Source: Octopus sinensis (taxonomy: Eukaryota). Taken from it: a DNA stretch of 64,000 nucleotides. The stretch lies in NCBI RefSeq assembly GCF_006345805.1, contig NC_043003.1, positions 24,242,001-24,306,000 on the forward strand, read 5' to 3'. The notes beneath the pieces are model-generated. The model did not search any database. It saw only the letters and a list, made by a program, of their open reading frames with translations, and was not told the origin of the DNA. Positions within the stretch are counted from its first letter, which is position 1, and the number at the start of each line of letters is the position of its first letter. The position numbers and the translations under genes are program-made. This document shows positions 12,661-27,216 of the stretch, piece by piece.

Positions 12661-15600
12661 GAGCAATTCCTCTCTTTACACTGTATGGATGTTGGGAACG
12701 ACTCTTAAGAGTTCTTCCGCCCTTTTGCAGGTGTTGTTTTAGTCCTGAAGGGTGTCCAATAATCACCCTCCTCACCAAGTGTAATTGGTGGGGGAGCAGG
12801 TTTAGTCACCGACGACCCGAGCCTGCGACAGGTAGTACTGCGTTACATGGTACTAGTAGCGTAAACGACCTGACATGGTATATATAAATATTATCTAATT
12901 ATCATATATATATATATAATATGTATGTATATATAAATGAATACACACATACATAAATGCATATATATATATATATATCTGTATGTATGTATCTATGTAT
13001 GTATGCATGCATTTATGTATACGAGTCAATAGACAAACGAAAGAAGATCACTCAACCTTTATTGAGATTTATATGTATACATGTATGCATATATTATATA
13101 TATGTATGTATGTATGGGCATACGTGCATGCGTGCATACATACATACATACATACATACATACATACATACATACATACATACATACATACATACATACA
13201 TACATACATCTATAAATGTATAATATAGGAATATAGATAGAGGTACGACATCGATTTTCCGGAAACATTTTATGGATGATTTTTTCTGAACCAGTGGAGA
13301 TCAAATTTCATTACACACAGTAAATTAAATAAATATTAAATTCAGTTAATTAAATGAAATACAGTTACCTATACATTAGTACAAATTTTACTAAGTTATC
13401 AATACTGTACTGGCTACGCAAGGTACTAAGTTTACAAGGTACCAGTAAACTAGTCCGGTGGTCGCGGGAATTCGAAGTGCTTACTCGTAAGTTACTGTGT
13501 AGAATGAGAGTTTCTGACCCATCCGTGTCCGGAAATTCGATGTTGCACTTGTATCACATCTGATGAACAAGATATGAAACGTATTGTTTGTTCGAAGAAG
13601 ATTCGTTTCCTCGTTTATATACTTTTGTGTCTAAAATAAAGCATGATGTTATAAGATTTCCTCGGTGCACTCACACCCATTTCGTGTCTGTGAGATGGAT
13701 GCATCATGCTACTTCCACTGACATGATCGACTATGGGAATTATTCTAACACACTAATTCGAATTACTTACCATATCAAATTAAGCAGATCTAAATACTTA
13801 ATGAAATTTCATGCATTTTAAATTCGTGGGTTTGCTATCTGTAGTTCTACAATGTTACTATGCACCATAACTTAATTATTTTCTCAATGAACTACGCATA
13901 TTTAATGCATTCCTTTCTAAAGTTCTCTACATGATAATGAGGGGTTCTTCTTTCTACAAGCACGTGAGGTATATCTGAGCTGAAAGTAGTCACTAAATCT
14001 CCCTCGTTTTTCTCCATATTCGCTTAGACGATGTTGTAATCCTAAATACACAATGTATTTTTAGTTTTAAGAATGTGGTATGGTCACTACTACAACGCCC
14101 TTCTCCGTAAGTCTGTTTATTCAATCAGTGCTTACACAGGACTAAATAACAACAGTCTCTTGAATAGCAAACTTGTAACAACAGCTTGAACGTGATTTGA
14201 AGAAAGAAACTAATCTCAAATAAAGACTGAAGAGGTTGCTATTGTTACTAAACAAACCTATTTGGACACACACAGCGACGGATGCCTACCTAGTCCTAAC
14301 AATGAAATTAATTTCAACTGGCTTATATGTTTGAAGAAAAAAAAACAAGAAGCATAGATGACATCTACAAATGAATTTATAGAAACTAACTCTTATTCAA
14401 ACACAAATATAAGAAGTAAACAATGCTTGTCTGGACAAACATACTTGTAAACTTTACAGCCTTGTATGCCCACAAATACGTAATAGAAAATCACCATACA
14501 TATACACATGCACACACCAATACACACATAGGCATAAACAAATGATTTAACAATGCTTTTGTTGAAGTTCACGTAAGCTCATATCTGAACTGGCAGGTAC
14601 ATAAAAATAATTGCGTTCTTCGATTATGCATAAGATTATATATTTAAGGAGAAGAAAACGTAGGGGAACATAATTAAAAACTGTAATGTGTTTTGACCCA
14701 TTCTCTACTGGTTCTACACTCCACTCTTCTCAAAAACTGCACAGTATTGTTTCACAGATGTAAGAAAACGAGAAAAATGTCCCTTCCTTTAATGCCAGGT
14801 TGGATACTGAGCTACTTCGGAAGGCTGATTTTATTTTTCAGGATACGAAAGACACTCTGAGTTTCTCAGAGTAAATATCGCAGGGGCGAGGAATTCAACT
14901 AAAAACGGAATCTGGGTCACGATGGAAGCTTAAGACCCCTCTATGAGGCTCACACTAATATTTCTTCCCTGATCTCAAAGACCAGGGGAGAAATATCCTG
15001 TCTAGTAATTCGCTTCAAAAGCGAGCCATTGGAGGGAATGTTCCTCCCGAAAATGATTTTGGGAAGGGACTTGTCCAGACGTGAAAGGCTGCAAAGTTAA
15101 TAACCTATCTCCAATAAAAACCTGCGTCTAGACATGATAGATAACCTATACAGCTGTAAACAGAATTTTCAAAATATATTCTGCACCGACATTAGGGAAT
15201 ATTAATCATTCTCTAAAAGTATTTTATTATCTCGATAAAACCATTACCTTATAGATAGTAGAAAACCCTTTATTTATACAAAAGCTTTACAAGAATATTA
15301 CTGACAATCATTGTAACATGTAAAATAAATGGATTTCCGCCAATTAAGTTCACTCTATGGTACCCTCACAGAAGATAGATATTCTTCCTTGATCAAAAAG
15401 ATTAAGGGAAAAATATAGCATTTACTGCCTCGCTTCAGAAACATAACAAGAGGTGCCCTAAATTTGCGCAGCCTATCATGCCTGGTAATGACTCTTGTTA
15501 TACTATTGCTTACCTTCGGGTTCCACAATGTAAAATAGTTGAGAGACATTTGTCTCCCAAATATCGCTCGTCAAAATTACCCCGAATAAATTACCGTGTA

Positions 15601-16709
15601 AGCATCAGCCTTGCTGCTATTTACTCGAGAATTTGAATCACGTTCGATGAACTTAGCTTTTAAGAGAGAAATGCTGTGACAATTGATACTTTCCATGACA
15701 AACTCAGTATCAGAAGACAAATGCATATCTCACTAGTGGAAGAAACATATGAGCATAATTGTTATGCTTGCAAGGGAATAGGACCTGCTAAAGTTATCCA
15801 TAGATCAAGTAATGGTATTAACCCGGATGAAGGAACATGTGAACCACGTAAGATTTTGTACATTGTATTCGTCGAGTCTCAGCACAACCCAATTTCATTT
15901 ACAGGACTTGGATCAAATGTTATTCATTGTAGAAAATATGCCAAAGTAATGCTTAGTGAAATCGGTCAAGGAAATCCGTGATCGCGAAGCGATCTCCTAA
16001 GCAACACGATCATATCTCACCAAGTACAAGTAGGAAATTTAATACTTGTAGGTAATTTGATACGAACTAGTTATCTCTCAGTAAGTTAGTACGAAACTTT
16101 ATCTAACACATCCCAGTGAATCATGACCTCTCGCTGGACAGATACATTCGATCGAAAACGAACATGGTAAAAAGTTAGAAGCGCTCAACAACGGTTCTAT
16201 ATAAAGACAACTGTCTGCTATAAATGGATGCAAATTTCGATTAGTGCACGTGTTTCTGAGGAGAATATCTATTTTAGACATTAACACAGGAAAATCACAT
16301 GATTGCCTATTCCAATCGCGAGCAATGGTTTGGTGAAAACTCTTTAGACCATTTTGTCTACATTCACCAGTCTGTAATATGATTCGAGTTTATAGTCTAA
16401 TTAATGTTCTTCGGTGCTTTCAGCTTTCATTTCTCTTTTAAGGAATTTGATATTCAGTGATAATATACCACATAGTATTATATTCCGCACACGCATACAT
16501 ATAGTTCTCTTTCTAACTCTTGAGCTCTCTCACAATCTCCCTCCCACTCTGCCTCTTCTCCGACTTACCATCTCTTACTTTGATGTTATATAATATATGT
16601 ATGCATCTGAGTATGTATATTGAGTCTTCTATATATGCGTGTTAGTATATAGATTTATGCATAGATTTAAATATGTATGTAAATATGCGTTGTATGTATA
16701 TATACATAT

Positions 16710-16753
<44 letters not shown>

Positions 16754-16927
16754 CAATGAATAGCACACACTGAGAGGAATAGTTATATACATGCATACAC
16801 ATATGTATGCGTATATATATATATATATACATACATACATACTTACATGTGAAATCTTATAAATGTCAGATATACAGAATTACGCATTTCTGCGCACGCG
16901 CCAGTGTGTATTTCTGCATATATATAT

Positions 16928-16971
<44 letters not shown>

Positions 16972-17111
16972 TGTGTGCGTGTGTGTATGCTATATATAAA
17001 TATACATATACACACGTATACACACTCACAAAAACAAGCATACACACATACATGCAAGCATAGAATGAGAAAGCGAGATAAAGTATGCATATATATATAT
17101 ATATATCTCAA

Positions 17112-17240
17112 GGGCATTACTATACATAAATGCCTCACGCTAGGTGGGACTCTTGAAGTCAAAACTACTTTAATAACCACATTGTAGTTTTGACTTTAAA
17201 AGTCCCTCCTAGCGTGAGGCATTTATGTATATTAATGCCC
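17112..17240. mobile_element. Hairpin MITE (~57-bp TIRs, ~15-bp spacer)
   Basis: gggcattactatacataaatgcctcacgctaggtgggactcttgaagtcaaaactac ... gtagttttgactttaaaagtccctcctagcgtgaggcatttatgtatattaatgccc; flanks TCAA / TTAA. Confidence 0.85.
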
Positions 17241-17556
17241 TTAATATGAATAAATATGCGCGAATAAAGGCGGTGCTCCAGCATGGCTTTAGTCAAATGA
17301 CTGAAAGAAGTAAAAGAGTACTGAGTAAAGAGTAACATACATATGTGCATTTTTTGTATAGACGAGGTGCAGTTCAATGCCTAAGAAGTTCACTTCGCAG
17401 TTAGGATGTTCCGAGTTCGATCCCGTTGTGAGAAAAACTGGAGACAGAAACTGCTTATAAACCCGTCCGAATGATTGTTGCTCTAATTCAAAGACCCAGC
17501 CGTGTCCCAATGCGTTAACGGTACACATGTCTGTGAAACTCTCAGCCATCCTGTGT

Positions 17557-17866
17557 CTGGCACTCGGACGAGTGTTCCAGTTGATCCGATCAACGGAATA
17601 ACCAGCACGTGGAGTTAACGTGCAGGTGGCTTAGCATTCCATAGACACGCGAAGCATTAACGTACTTCTCAAGGAGATTCAGCGTAACATAGAATGTAAC
17701 AAGGCTGGCTCTTTCAAATTACAGGTATTACTCATTTTCACCATCTGAGTGGACTGGAACAACATGAAATAAAACGTCCTCAAAAATACAACGCGTCGCC
17801 AGGTATTGAACTCACGACCATACGCTCTTGAGCCGAACACCCTAGCCATTTAGCCACGCGCCCTCA
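17557..17866 (-). mobile_element. tRNA-derived SINE, CORE-like head plus conserved 3' domain
   Basis: Head ttgaactcacgacc...tagccacgcgccctca; 3' domain ttaacgtgcaggtggc...gagattcagcgt is shared with 8300-8410. Confidence 0.7.
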
Positions 17867-18339
17867 TCTCAGCTACGTCTATGCCAATTGAAAGAGCCTG
17901 GTTATTCATTTTAACGACCAACTGTAAACTGGTGGGTGGAAATTCTGACCAAGAAACGTTTGCTCTTTTTGTTTACTGATATAAGTATGTGCATATGTTC
18001 ATCGGTTTGTGATCGGCTGCGGTATTTGTATAGATATTTATAAGGAAATGTTTTTAGAGAATTGCATCACTAAGTTACTAGACAACCGGTTGACTAATAT
18101 ACGAGTTGTGAAAGTTTGAACATACATGTGTGTGCGTGAGTGTCATCGAGAGTCTGTGAGTGTGTGTGTTTGTATGCGTCAGTATGAGTTTATATCTGTG
18201 TATGTGTGTGTGTGGATGACATAACTGGTAATATTGTTCTTGTTAAAATATAATGAATTTTTACTCTACAAAAGTATGGGGTAACCCTGCAGATTACTGA
18301 AAAATTGTTTTTATTACAACTGAATATAAAAGAAACCTT

Positions 18340-18358
18340 AACATATACATATGTATAT

Positions 18359-18419
<61 letters not shown>

Positions 18420-18633
18420 GTATGTATATGTATATGTATATATGTATGTATGTATATGTATATGTATATATGTACAAATATATGTATAAAGTATATATAT
18501 ATGAATATATATATATATGTATATATATGTATATATAAATGTATATATATATATTTGTATATATGTTTATATATATGTATGTATGTATCTATATATATAT
18601 ATCTATATGAACGTATATGTATATATATACATG

Positions 18634-18711
<78 letters not shown>

Positions 18712-18713
18712 TG

Positions 18714-18744
<31 letters not shown>

Positions 18745-18770
18745 GTATATATATATGTTCATGCATATAT
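18340..18770. repeat. Degenerate (TA)n/(TATG)n array
   Basis: Directly visible; source of the spurious YI-repeat ORFs. Confidence 0.95.
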
Positions 18771-19439
18771 GTCTATACCAAGGTCTACTTTGTCGTCCTT
18801 CCGGGGTCAGTGAAATAAGTACCGATATTTCTGGCCCTGTGTCAAAATTAGAAACCAATACACACATATATATCTATGCATGTGTGTGTATGTTGGTGCG
18901 TGTGTGCGTGTGTTTGTGTCTGTGTAGGCGAAGGTATACGTGTGTGGTTAAGAAGTTTGGTTCAGTCCTACAGTGCAAGCGTCTTCTACTATAGCCGCCA
19001 ACCTTTGGATGCCTCGTAAGTGAATTTCGTAGATGAAAGGAAACTGTGGAAGTCCTTCGCGCGTGTGTGTGTGTGTTTGAGTACATACGATAGATATATT
19101 ATTATAAATAGCTGCAATAATATTCAAGCACAGTATTGCGTGGAAACCTCATGAAGTTTGCAGTCACAAGCCTTTGAGTTCAGTCGCACAATTTCACACA
19201 TATAACTACGTTTATTCTTTTTTTTTCCACCATAGCTTCGAGTGGGACCAATTCTTATGAATATCGTTGATTGAATAGGGTTATACATATAATTCAAAAC
19301 CTCGGCCTTGTCACACGATGACGTACACCGATGTTGCTTAAGAACGACATCGAGGACAAACTTATCAGTTTAATCCACTTTTACACGTTAATTTAGTGGG
19401 TAAGTCGTTCAAATGAGCAGGCGATTGAGTGCACATCGT

Positions 19440-19820
19440 CGAATTTGACGGAAATCCATTATCTTTAATTTTGCTATGACTCTTACTAAGTACTTGTGCA
19501 TATAAACTATTTTCTTCTTCTTGTATGTTATTGACTTTATCGGAGAAAATACAAATATTTTTAGAGATGTCTTAACATTCTTAATGTCAGAGCTGAAATT
19601 ATTCTGGAAATTGGTTATTTACATCCGTATAGGTCGTCTATCGTGTCTAAGATGAAGAATTTATCTAAAGGAATGTCATTGACCCTTGTAGCCATATCTC
19701 CATTGAATTATACTGTCTTTGTTTTAAATAATTTTGAAAATAATAAATTAGCGAAGAAAGAAAATTATGTTCTAAGCTGATGTTTGTTGCATAATTTAGC
19801 GTAAAAGTTTGATGACTATT
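19440..19820 (+). repeat. Copy 1 of diverged ~400-bp direct repeat (copy 2 at 20589-20980)
   Basis: Shared blocks ttgacggaaatc, ataaactattttct, atcggagaaaa, ttcttaatgtcagagctgaa, tgtctaaga, taattttgaaaa. Confidence 0.8.
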
Positions 19821-19910
19821 AATAATTTTGATAGTTTTAGAATAGGAATTTTGTATCTTGGGACTAGTGACAGTCTTCAGTATATTATTCCATGAGTTTA
19901 ATTTACTTCT

Positions 19911-20244
19911 GTGAAGGTGCATGGCTCAGTGGTTAGAGCGTCGAGCTCACGATCGTGAGGTTGTGAGTTCGATTCCCGGACCGGGCTTCGTGTTGTGTTC
20001 TTGAGCAAGACACTTTATTTCACGTTGCTCCAGTTAACTCAGCTGTAGAAATGAGTTGCGACATCACTGGTGCCAAGCTGTGTCGGCCCTTGTCTTTCCC
20101 TTGGATAACATCAGTGGTGTGGAAAGGGGAGGCCGGTATGCATGGGCGACTGCTGACCTGCCAAAAATATGCCTGGACTTGTACCTCGGAGGGTAACTTT
20201 CTATGCGCAATCCCATGGTCATTCATGACCGAAGGAGGTCTCCC
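19911..20244 (+). mobile_element. Full-length CORE-type tRNA SINE with 11-bp TSD
   Basis: A-box tggctcagtgg, B-box gagttcgattcc, ttgagcaagacact; TSD aatttacttct at 19900-19910 and 20245-20255. Confidence 0.9.
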
Positions 20245-20270
20245 AATTTACTTCTACTACTATCGTTCTA

Positions 20271-20566
20271 CATGGCCTAGTGGTTAGAGCAGCGGACTCA
20301 CGGTCGAGGGATCGCGGGTTCGAATCTCAGACCGAGGGATGTGTGTGTTTATGAGGAAAACACCTAAGCTCCACGTGGCTCCGGTAGAAGGTAATGGCGA
20401 ACTTCTGCTAACTCTTTCGCCACAACTTTCTCTCACTCTTCCCTCCTGCATCTTGCAGCTCACCTACGACGGTCCGGCGTCCCGTCCAGGTGGGGAACCG
20501 ATACGCCAAGGAAACCGGGAAACCGGCCCTTATGAGTCAGGCATGGCTCGAGAAGGAGCAAACAAT
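20271..20566 (+). mobile_element. tRNA-derived SINE (V-domain-like, GAAACCGGG tail)
   Basis: tggcctagtggttagagc A-box, ggttcgaatct B-box, ggcgtcccgtccagg; near-identical reverse copy at 57028-57293. Confidence 0.88.
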
Positions 20567-20588
20567 GTAAGTACAACACAGTGGTTGT

Positions 20589-20980
20589 AATTGACGGAAA
20601 TCTATCTATATTACTTGTGACTATGATTGTAAGCGATTTTTTGTTTGGTAATTGTGTACATAAACTATTTTCTGCTTCTTATAGGTTATCACCTTCATCG
20701 GAGAAAACGACTGTTTTGAGAGATTTCTTAAATTCTTAATGTCAGAGCTGAATATATTTTAAAAAATTGTGTATTGGTTGTCTAGTATGTCTAAGAGGTA
20801 GGAGATATGATTCGAAAATGTCCTACCTCTTTGGAGGTAGGTCATTTTCTTGACATATTTGAAGTGAAATACACTGCCTTTGCACAATTAATTTTGAAAA
20901 GGATAAAAGTATTTAGGAAAAAGTTTTCTTTATTAAGTTGATATTTGGAGTATAATTCAATATGAGATTTTGACGGAAGA
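20589..20980 (+). repeat. Copy 2 of diverged direct repeat
   Basis: Aligns to 19440-19820. Confidence 0.8.
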
Positions 20981-21202
20981 TTATATTTTAGATAATGTTT
21001 AAGAGAAGACATTTGCATTATACAACTAGATGTGGGCTGATAGGAAAAGGGCTAAGGTTTGAGAGAGGGTTGGTCTTTCACTGGTCTGGTATTTATATCA
21101 TAGTGTTCTGTAGTTGTTTTCACTTTCTCAGCATCGTTAGACGCTTTCAACGCATGCGCTTGCATACGTCATCCACATTCCTAATAGCTCCTTTCTGTAA
21201 TA

Positions 21203-21345
21203 TATTTCTTTACTATCCACAAGGGGCTAAACATAGAGGGGACAAACAAGGACAGACAAAGGGAGTAAGTCGATTACATCGACCCCAGTGCGAAACTGGT
21301 ACTTTATTTATCGACCCCGAAAGGATGAAAGCAAAGTCGTCCCCG
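21203..21345 (-). mobile_element. Nin/Deu-like SINE, 5'-truncated
   Basis: tatttctttactatccacaaggggctaaac...cgaccccgaaaggatgaaagcaaagtcg. Confidence 0.85.
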
Positions 21346-21997
21346 TAGCAATTTGATGGAGTCTAAATATTTACTCGAAATTATTCGTATTATAGATCCA
21401 TATTCGGAGAGAAGTGACAGAACCAGTTGAATGACAGACAAAATACCTTCTGGTATTGATTAACGGGCTTTATCGTTTTGAGCTCAAATCTCACGAAGCC
21501 AAACCTGCCTTTATAATAAAACTAAACTCCATTCAGTTTTAGTTGACAGAGACTTGTACACATATTTCGACTGAGATTTACTTTGATCCAATATGAAAAT
21601 TACAAGAATTAAGTATAATCCATTGGATATAGTAGCTGACCTTTAGCCTGTGGAGTTCATGACATCAGTAATGTCAGCATCACTGCAGCTGAATGCATAT
21701 ACATAGCACATATAAAACATAGGTATAGGAGCCAACAGCCGAGTCCACTTATCTGCGAGTAGACAGTGTAGGTAGTATAGTTTTTCAGTTGTTAACATAC
21801 TGAGACGTCTTCAATCCGTCGGCCAAAGAAATGTGTCAGACCAGAATATAATCCAGGAAAATATTTGTTTCCTATTTGCTTAACGCCATAACAACTGTGT
21901 TTTAGCAGCGACCGAATGGGCTTTTGCAATTCAGTATAGATTGACTTCATATACGTCACACGTACATACACATAAACACATATACATATATACATAC

Positions 21998-22101
<104 letters not shown>

Positions 22102-22106
22102 CACGC

Positions 22107-22330
22107 TTTTACTCTCTGTAACTTGTTTCAGTCACTTGACTGCGGTCATGCTGGAGCACCGCCTTTAGTCCAACAAGACTACCCCAGGACTTATTCTTTG
22201 TAAGCCTTATTCTATCGGTCTCTTTTGCCAAACCGCGGTTGTCAAGCAATGTTGGGGGGGACAAACGCAGACACACAAACATACACACACACACATACAC
22301 ACACACATATATATATACAGTATATACAGA
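22107..22330 (-). mobile_element. CORE-type SINE 3' half
   Basis: cagtcacttgactgcggtcatgctggagcaccgcctttagtc. Confidence 0.85.
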
Positions 22331-22387
22331 TAGATAGATAGATACATACATACATACATACGTAGATAGATAGATACATACACAGAC

Positions 22388-22491
<104 letters not shown>

Positions 22492-22667
22492 GGATGAGAG
22501 GGATCATCGATCATATTTATTTTTATTAGGTATGTTGATTACGTAATATATGAATGATGGTGCTTTTTCTCCATTGAAACAGCTGTGAGAAACAAACTGT
22601 GTATCATATAAAATTTACTCTTTTCTTTACCTATTCTAAATATGTACCTACACACGGACACACACAT

Positions 22668-22702
<35 letters not shown>

Positions 22703-25491
22703 CATTCAAATGTGTATGTGCATACACGTGTATACGTATGAGTGTGTGTACTTATCAACTGCGTAGGAAATTATGTAGAAATGGCAATTATGCAACTGAA
22801 ATATTACATTACACTGTTGACAACCAACTTGTTTAAATATTCGTAACTGCAGTAGCAAACTGATTTAATGCAGTCAAAAATAAAGGAAAGGGATTATTTG
22901 GCCTGAAAACTCTATTACCATAAAAACAGATTGTGCAATAAAGCACAATAATGTACTCTTCTCTTAATATTTGCTAAGAAACAACACCATGTATGCTTGT
23001 GTAAATATTCTCTGAAAGTCTTATCCCATAATCGATAGATACGCTGTATATATATGAACCAATAAAGTGACTAACCAGCAATATACGTCGTAATGTAAAG
23101 AAGTGCGGAATCTCAACGGTTCGAATTACGATTAAAATCGAGCAAACTTCTTCTAAATCTCACTTGGAATATTTTAAGAGAATTGCATCGTGGAGGTAAT
23201 AGACACCCATTTGACTGATATATGAGGAGCTGTTCTCAATAATGGCTATCTTGATGAAGAGAAAGCGAAGAAGCCGTACATTACAAATACGTTCCTGTCG
23301 TGAGTGTCAAAAGAGAACGATTTTATTCCATGAAACTGAATACGTTAGCAGAATGCTACAGGGGCGTTACAAATGCTTTGTGATATGAATGAAAAGAAGT
23401 AAAATGCTTGAATTTATTTGTATATGAAGGAAAAATTGCAAATATAAAAATACTCCCACGGACTGCGTTAACAAAAATCTGTTAAAGTGCTATGGCCTTG
23501 AGAAGAAGTAAAAGTACTCTGTCCTTAAAATACATCTCGCGATTCTTCATGTTTAATGCATATTTCGAAAGTTATCAATTCATATTGCGTTTTATCTTTC
23601 ATTTAATTTTTATGGTCTTGTCGCATGATTAAGAGAAGGTGCTATGATTATTCTGAGAGAGCCTCCAAGATTGGTTTGAAGCAAATAATCCTCTATTAAG
23701 AGATCGTTCCTAAATACTTAGAACAGAAATAGTGCCGTTGAAGATACACAGGAGCAAGCTTGCAGTGTTAAACCGGACGATACATTAAATATATCATTCT
23801 AAGACTTCTATATCTTGAACCCATTAAGGAATTACATATGGCCACATCCGTTATATTGCTGCTATTCTTATTTCAGTCATCACGAGTGAAAACGAAGGCC
23901 ATAATCCCAACTTAATGCAAGATTCTTACCGAGGAGTAACAGATTTCAACTAAATTTCCCGATCATCATATTTTCTTTTTTATATCACAGACATTTCCAC
24001 TGCCTAACGTATGACCTATAATAGGTGAAGCTGTGATAAACATCTTTGAGAAAGATACAAACTCCTAGCAGAGGCATTCTTTATAAAAGTCAAAACCTCT
24101 TATTTTTAAATCTGCCATAAATTATTCTTATTTGGTTCACTTCCATCGTAATAACATGTGATGCCTTTCAGATTTTGTCGATTGTTCGTTAAATTCGATA
24201 TAGAGTACCCTATAGATTAGCTTCTCTGCTAGACGTCTTTATGAAAATACCAAACGAAGTAAAACGCGTACCATAATATCTGCAGAAAGATTACTCGTTA
24301 GGAGATATTTGTCAATTTTAAACGGGACTTAACTACTAACGGTGTATGTCCCTACATTAAAAGCAACATTAATGGAATGGAAGATAAATGTAACAATGTT
24401 AAAAGAAAAACAAAGACATCCGTTTACAAGAGACTTTCTAATGTCTTGCTACTAAATTGAACAGGAGAAAAGGAATGAGAAAATTAATTACTATGATAAC
24501 AAAATGAATAAATAATAATGATATCCTGCTACTTCAAAATCCCACAATCACGCAACAAGCAGAATACCGTTGATATCACATTTGCATTATTCAAAGAATT
24601 TGGTTTATGATACCCTCGTTTGGGAAATTTCCCTTTGTAATACAAATTACTTCTCGAAGATATATTTAACCGATTTCGAGAGATTCTACGCACTGGACAC
24701 ATGACTCATTATACGCACTAATTATATACATTACATACACGCTTTCACGCCTAATTATATACATTGATATACGTCGAATTATTGAGGCAGCCTCTAAGTG
24801 CTCACACAAATTGCTAGATGAAGCAGCAAATAAAAATTCAGAAAGCCTTCTAGTTTTGAGATCACCATTGTTATGCAATCTTCCTAATGAATTCTGAAGT
24901 AAACGGATGTATAACTAGGAATCTACTTACAGTACTGCTTCGGAAAATATAGTCTCAATCTCAGAAAAATTCTATCCTTTATTTCTTATTTATCCAAAGT
25001 ACGAGTCATTTTGTAAAGAAATAGTCTGGTCTATAATTTTCTTCCTTTTCACAACCATATAACAACATTTATCCTGACCAAACTTCAGCCGTGCATCCTT
25101 TGAGAATACTGTAACATGTTGAGGCTCTTTTGTATGTATGTATGCATGTATGTATGTACGTACGTACGTACGTACGTACGTACGTATGTATGTATGTATG
25201 TATGTATGTATGTATGTATGTATGTATGTATGTATGTATGTATGTATGTGTGTATATTACTCAACTTATATATGCTCGTACCATTGTTGTAATATTGTGT
25301 AAATTCATTATGTAAAGAATACTTGGCAGAATATCGAATGTTGACCAAGCACTTCCATGGCCAGGTCTGATTCTCATATGCCAGACATAAATATTTATAA
25401 TTTAGATTAAACCAACACACAGTCAAAGATTAATAATAAAAGTTATATCAGGTTGTCTGACCTTATACATACATACATACATATATATATA

Positions 25492-25566
<75 letters not shown>

Positions 25567-26090
25567 ATGTATGTGAGCGCGTATTTGTTGTCGTCTATTG
25601 ATAGTTTCTGAATATTTTATAGTCTCACTCAGTTAGACGCTTGCGTGATTCTATTAACCAGATAATGAAAACGTCCTCAGTTTCAGCACACGGGTGGCAA
25701 ATGAAGGTATGGATGAATAAATGAGTAAATAAATAAATGAATTATAAAAGAATGAATGAATGAGCGAACGAACTTATAGATGCCGTAATAAATGACTGTA
25801 TTCACCTGATATACGTGTCAGCATATTAAAACCTCATGTCAATATTCATAGAAATGTATGCCTTCATGCATCTACAATACTAAACCCTTATCTGTCTACT
25901 CTCTTTCTCTCTATCTCTATCTCTTCATATCTGAATGTGTTTGTGTATGTATGTATGTATGTATGTATGTATGTATACATACATGCATATGTATGTATGT
26001 ATGTATACACACGTACATTCATACATATATACATGCATGTATGCATGTGTGTTTATGTGTGTATGTATGTATGTATTTGTCTTTTTTGTT

Positions 26091-26299
26091 CTTTTACTCT
26101 TTTATTTGTTTCAGTCACTTGACTGAGGCCATGCCGGAGTAACGCCTTTAGTCGAACAGATCGACCCCAGGACGTATTCTTTGTAAGCCTAGTAGTTATT
26201 CTATCGGTCTCGTTTACCGAACCGCTAAGCTACAGAGACGCAAACACACCAACATCGGTTGGCAAGCGATTGTAGGGGGACAAACACAGACACACAAAC

Positions 26300-26354
<55 letters not shown>

Positions 26355-26366
26355 ATATACATATAC

Positions 26367-26415
<49 letters not shown>

Positions 26416-26419
26416 CATA

Positions 26420-26468
<49 letters not shown>

Positions 26469-26493
26469 CATATTATATATACATATATATATA

Positions 26494-26578
<85 letters not shown>

Positions 26579-26874
26579 ATATCTGAAGAATCCACTATAA
26601 TGGTTGCAAGTGCTAATTTGAGTTACAAAAACATGTGACATGTTAATAAAAATCTGTAAATATAAAACCATCCCGATTTCAGAATACCTTATTTCTTCTA
26701 ATATATATATATATACGACGAGCTCTTTTCAATTTCCTTCTACCAAATCCACTCACAAGGCTTTGGTCAGCCCAAGGCTATAGTAGAAGACACTTGCTCA
26801 AGGTGACACGCAGTGGGACTGAACCTAGACCCTTGTGGTTGGTAAACAAGCTACTTATCACATACCCACTCCTG
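26091..26874 (-). mobile_element. CORE-type SINE with expanded internal (TA)n and ~120-bp insert (26578-26700)
   Basis: Tail at 26091-26290, head at 26714-26874. Confidence 0.88.
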
Positions 26875-27216
26875 TACTTTGAAGTTTTACAAGGAGAAAT
26901 GCAACAGTGAAGTTTCGGCTTGCTCTCTACACTACGTAGGTTGAAACTGCAGAGAGTTTGTTGTTAACAAGGAATCATCTGAAACAGAAGGCAATCATGA
27001 CAACAGTAGCAATATAGGACATGCCAGAGTGGTAAAGTCAGTGGATGGATAAAAAAGAGTGTGATGTCTCCAAGTTGACGTGAACACAGGCACAGATGAA
27101 CTAGAGATTAGCAAGACTTGGGGAATCAGTCAACAATAAGCCTGAACAAAAAAAGACATACTTCCGTCGAAGATAATTTCATGCACTTATGGTGAACTGA
27201 CATTTATCGCATATAG

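Noticed and set aside
13300-16450. Long microsatellite-poor stretch with short ORFs (15355-15549, 15676-15981); similar stretch at 22850-25080
   Set aside because: No recognisable domains or convincing splice structure by eye; may be ancient TE decay and needs a homology search
19911-19985. tRNA-like sequences with A and B boxes (also at 20271, 27337, 47230-47299, 57225-57293)
   Set aside because: They continue directly into SINE bodies, some with TSDs; these are SINE heads, not tRNA genes
25157-25185. Self-complementary (TACG)n run inside (TATG)n
   Set aside because: Ordinary microsatellite variant; the palindrome is inherent to the unit
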